A stretch of DNA of 6,067 nt from IMG/VR virus record IMGVR_UViG_3300020041_000020, positions 1 to 6,067 of that record; one strand, written 5' to 3'. Position 1 is the stretch's first letter; every line of letters starts with the position of its first letter. The notes beneath the pieces were generated by a model, which made no database searches, was not told the origin of the DNA, and was given only the letters and a program-made list of their open reading frames with translations. Shown in pieces: positions 5,739 through 6,067 of the stretch. This DNA is from a virus. The position numbers and the translations under genes were made by a program.

Positions 5739-5764
5739 CACTGTAAACCAATAATCTCACTGTT

Positions 5765-6067
5765 ATGAAAAAGTACAAAGACTCTAGAACTGACAAGTTG
5801 ATGGTTGATATCATTGACTATGCGTTTACCGAGTGGCTTGTCCGTCGCGGCGTATTCTCTGCTTTTAGGGCGAATTATGAGCGAGCCTTTTCTAATAGGC
5901 CTTTCCGAGATCGTCTGCGTTCTCATATTCGTAATTCCCTTCGTCGTAGTTGCGTAGGCCCGAGTCATCTTATTTCCTCCGCTTTTTTGTTTGATTCGAC
6001 GCCCCAAGGTGCTGAATTTTGGCTTAAAGAGTCTGATGCTTGGAAGCGTTTTTATTCTGATTTTCAA
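5765..6067 (+). CDS. Hypothetical basic Arg-rich protein, 104 aa in total. The first 101 codons are here; it continues across the circular junction to the stop at 131..133.
   Basis: ATG at 5765, open to the window end exactly in frame (303 nt). The ORF track misses it because no stop is reached inside the window. Translation: MKKYKDSRTDKLMVDIIDYAFTEWLVRRGVFSAFRANYERAFSNRPFRDRLRSHIRNSLRRSCVGPSHLISSAFLFDSTPQGAEFWLKESDAWKRFYSDFQLKL. Codons mostly end in T. Net charge is about +8. Confidence 0.65.
   Translation, partial: MKKYKDSRTDKLMVDIIDYAFTEWLVRRGVFSAFRANYERAFSNRPFRDRLRSHIRNSLRRSCVGPSHLISSAFLFDSTPQGAEFWLKESDAWKRFYSDFQ
5947..6067. repeat. Terminal direct repeat, copy 2 (identical to 1..121)
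   Basis: See copy 1. The match is exact by eye over all 121 nt. Confidence 0.95.

Overview
The window is a complete circular ssDNA phage genome of the family Microviridae, not phiX-like. By size and gene order it looks gokushovirus- or alpavirus-like, but I cannot place it in a subfamily without a search. It is written linearly with an exact 121-nt overlap (1..121 = 5947..6067), so the circle is 5,946 nt. All credible genes lie on the + strand, which is visibly T-rich with mostly T-ending codons, and they are tightly packed. Going round the circle: a 104-aa basic ORF that wraps across the window ends (5765..6067 continuing to 133, absent from the ORF track); a 107-aa acidic ORF (145..468); a 137-nt non-coding region holding a three-way-junction-like ssDNA fold with a GCGAAGC mini-hairpin (513..577); a 66-aa ORF (606..806) coupled by TAATG to the rolling-circle Rep VP4 (806..1876); major capsid protein VP1 (1880..3685); a 98-aa acidic ORF (3698..3994); a second structured intergenic region (4025..4102); a 63-aa predicted lipoprotein (4128..4319); and the DNA pilot protein VP2 (4321..5691). 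A T-rich intergenic region follows, carrying a Bacteroidota-type promoter match (5708..5738). No gene has a Shine-Dalgarno sequence, which together with the promoter suggests a Bacteroidota host. I see no recognisable lysin, integrase, tRNA or CRISPR. The most unusual items are the tiny lipoprotein gene between VP1 and VP2, the two structured intergenic elements, and the sense/antisense ORF pair at 130..468. All minus-strand ORFs and the hydrophobic alternate-frame + ORFs look like compositional shadows.
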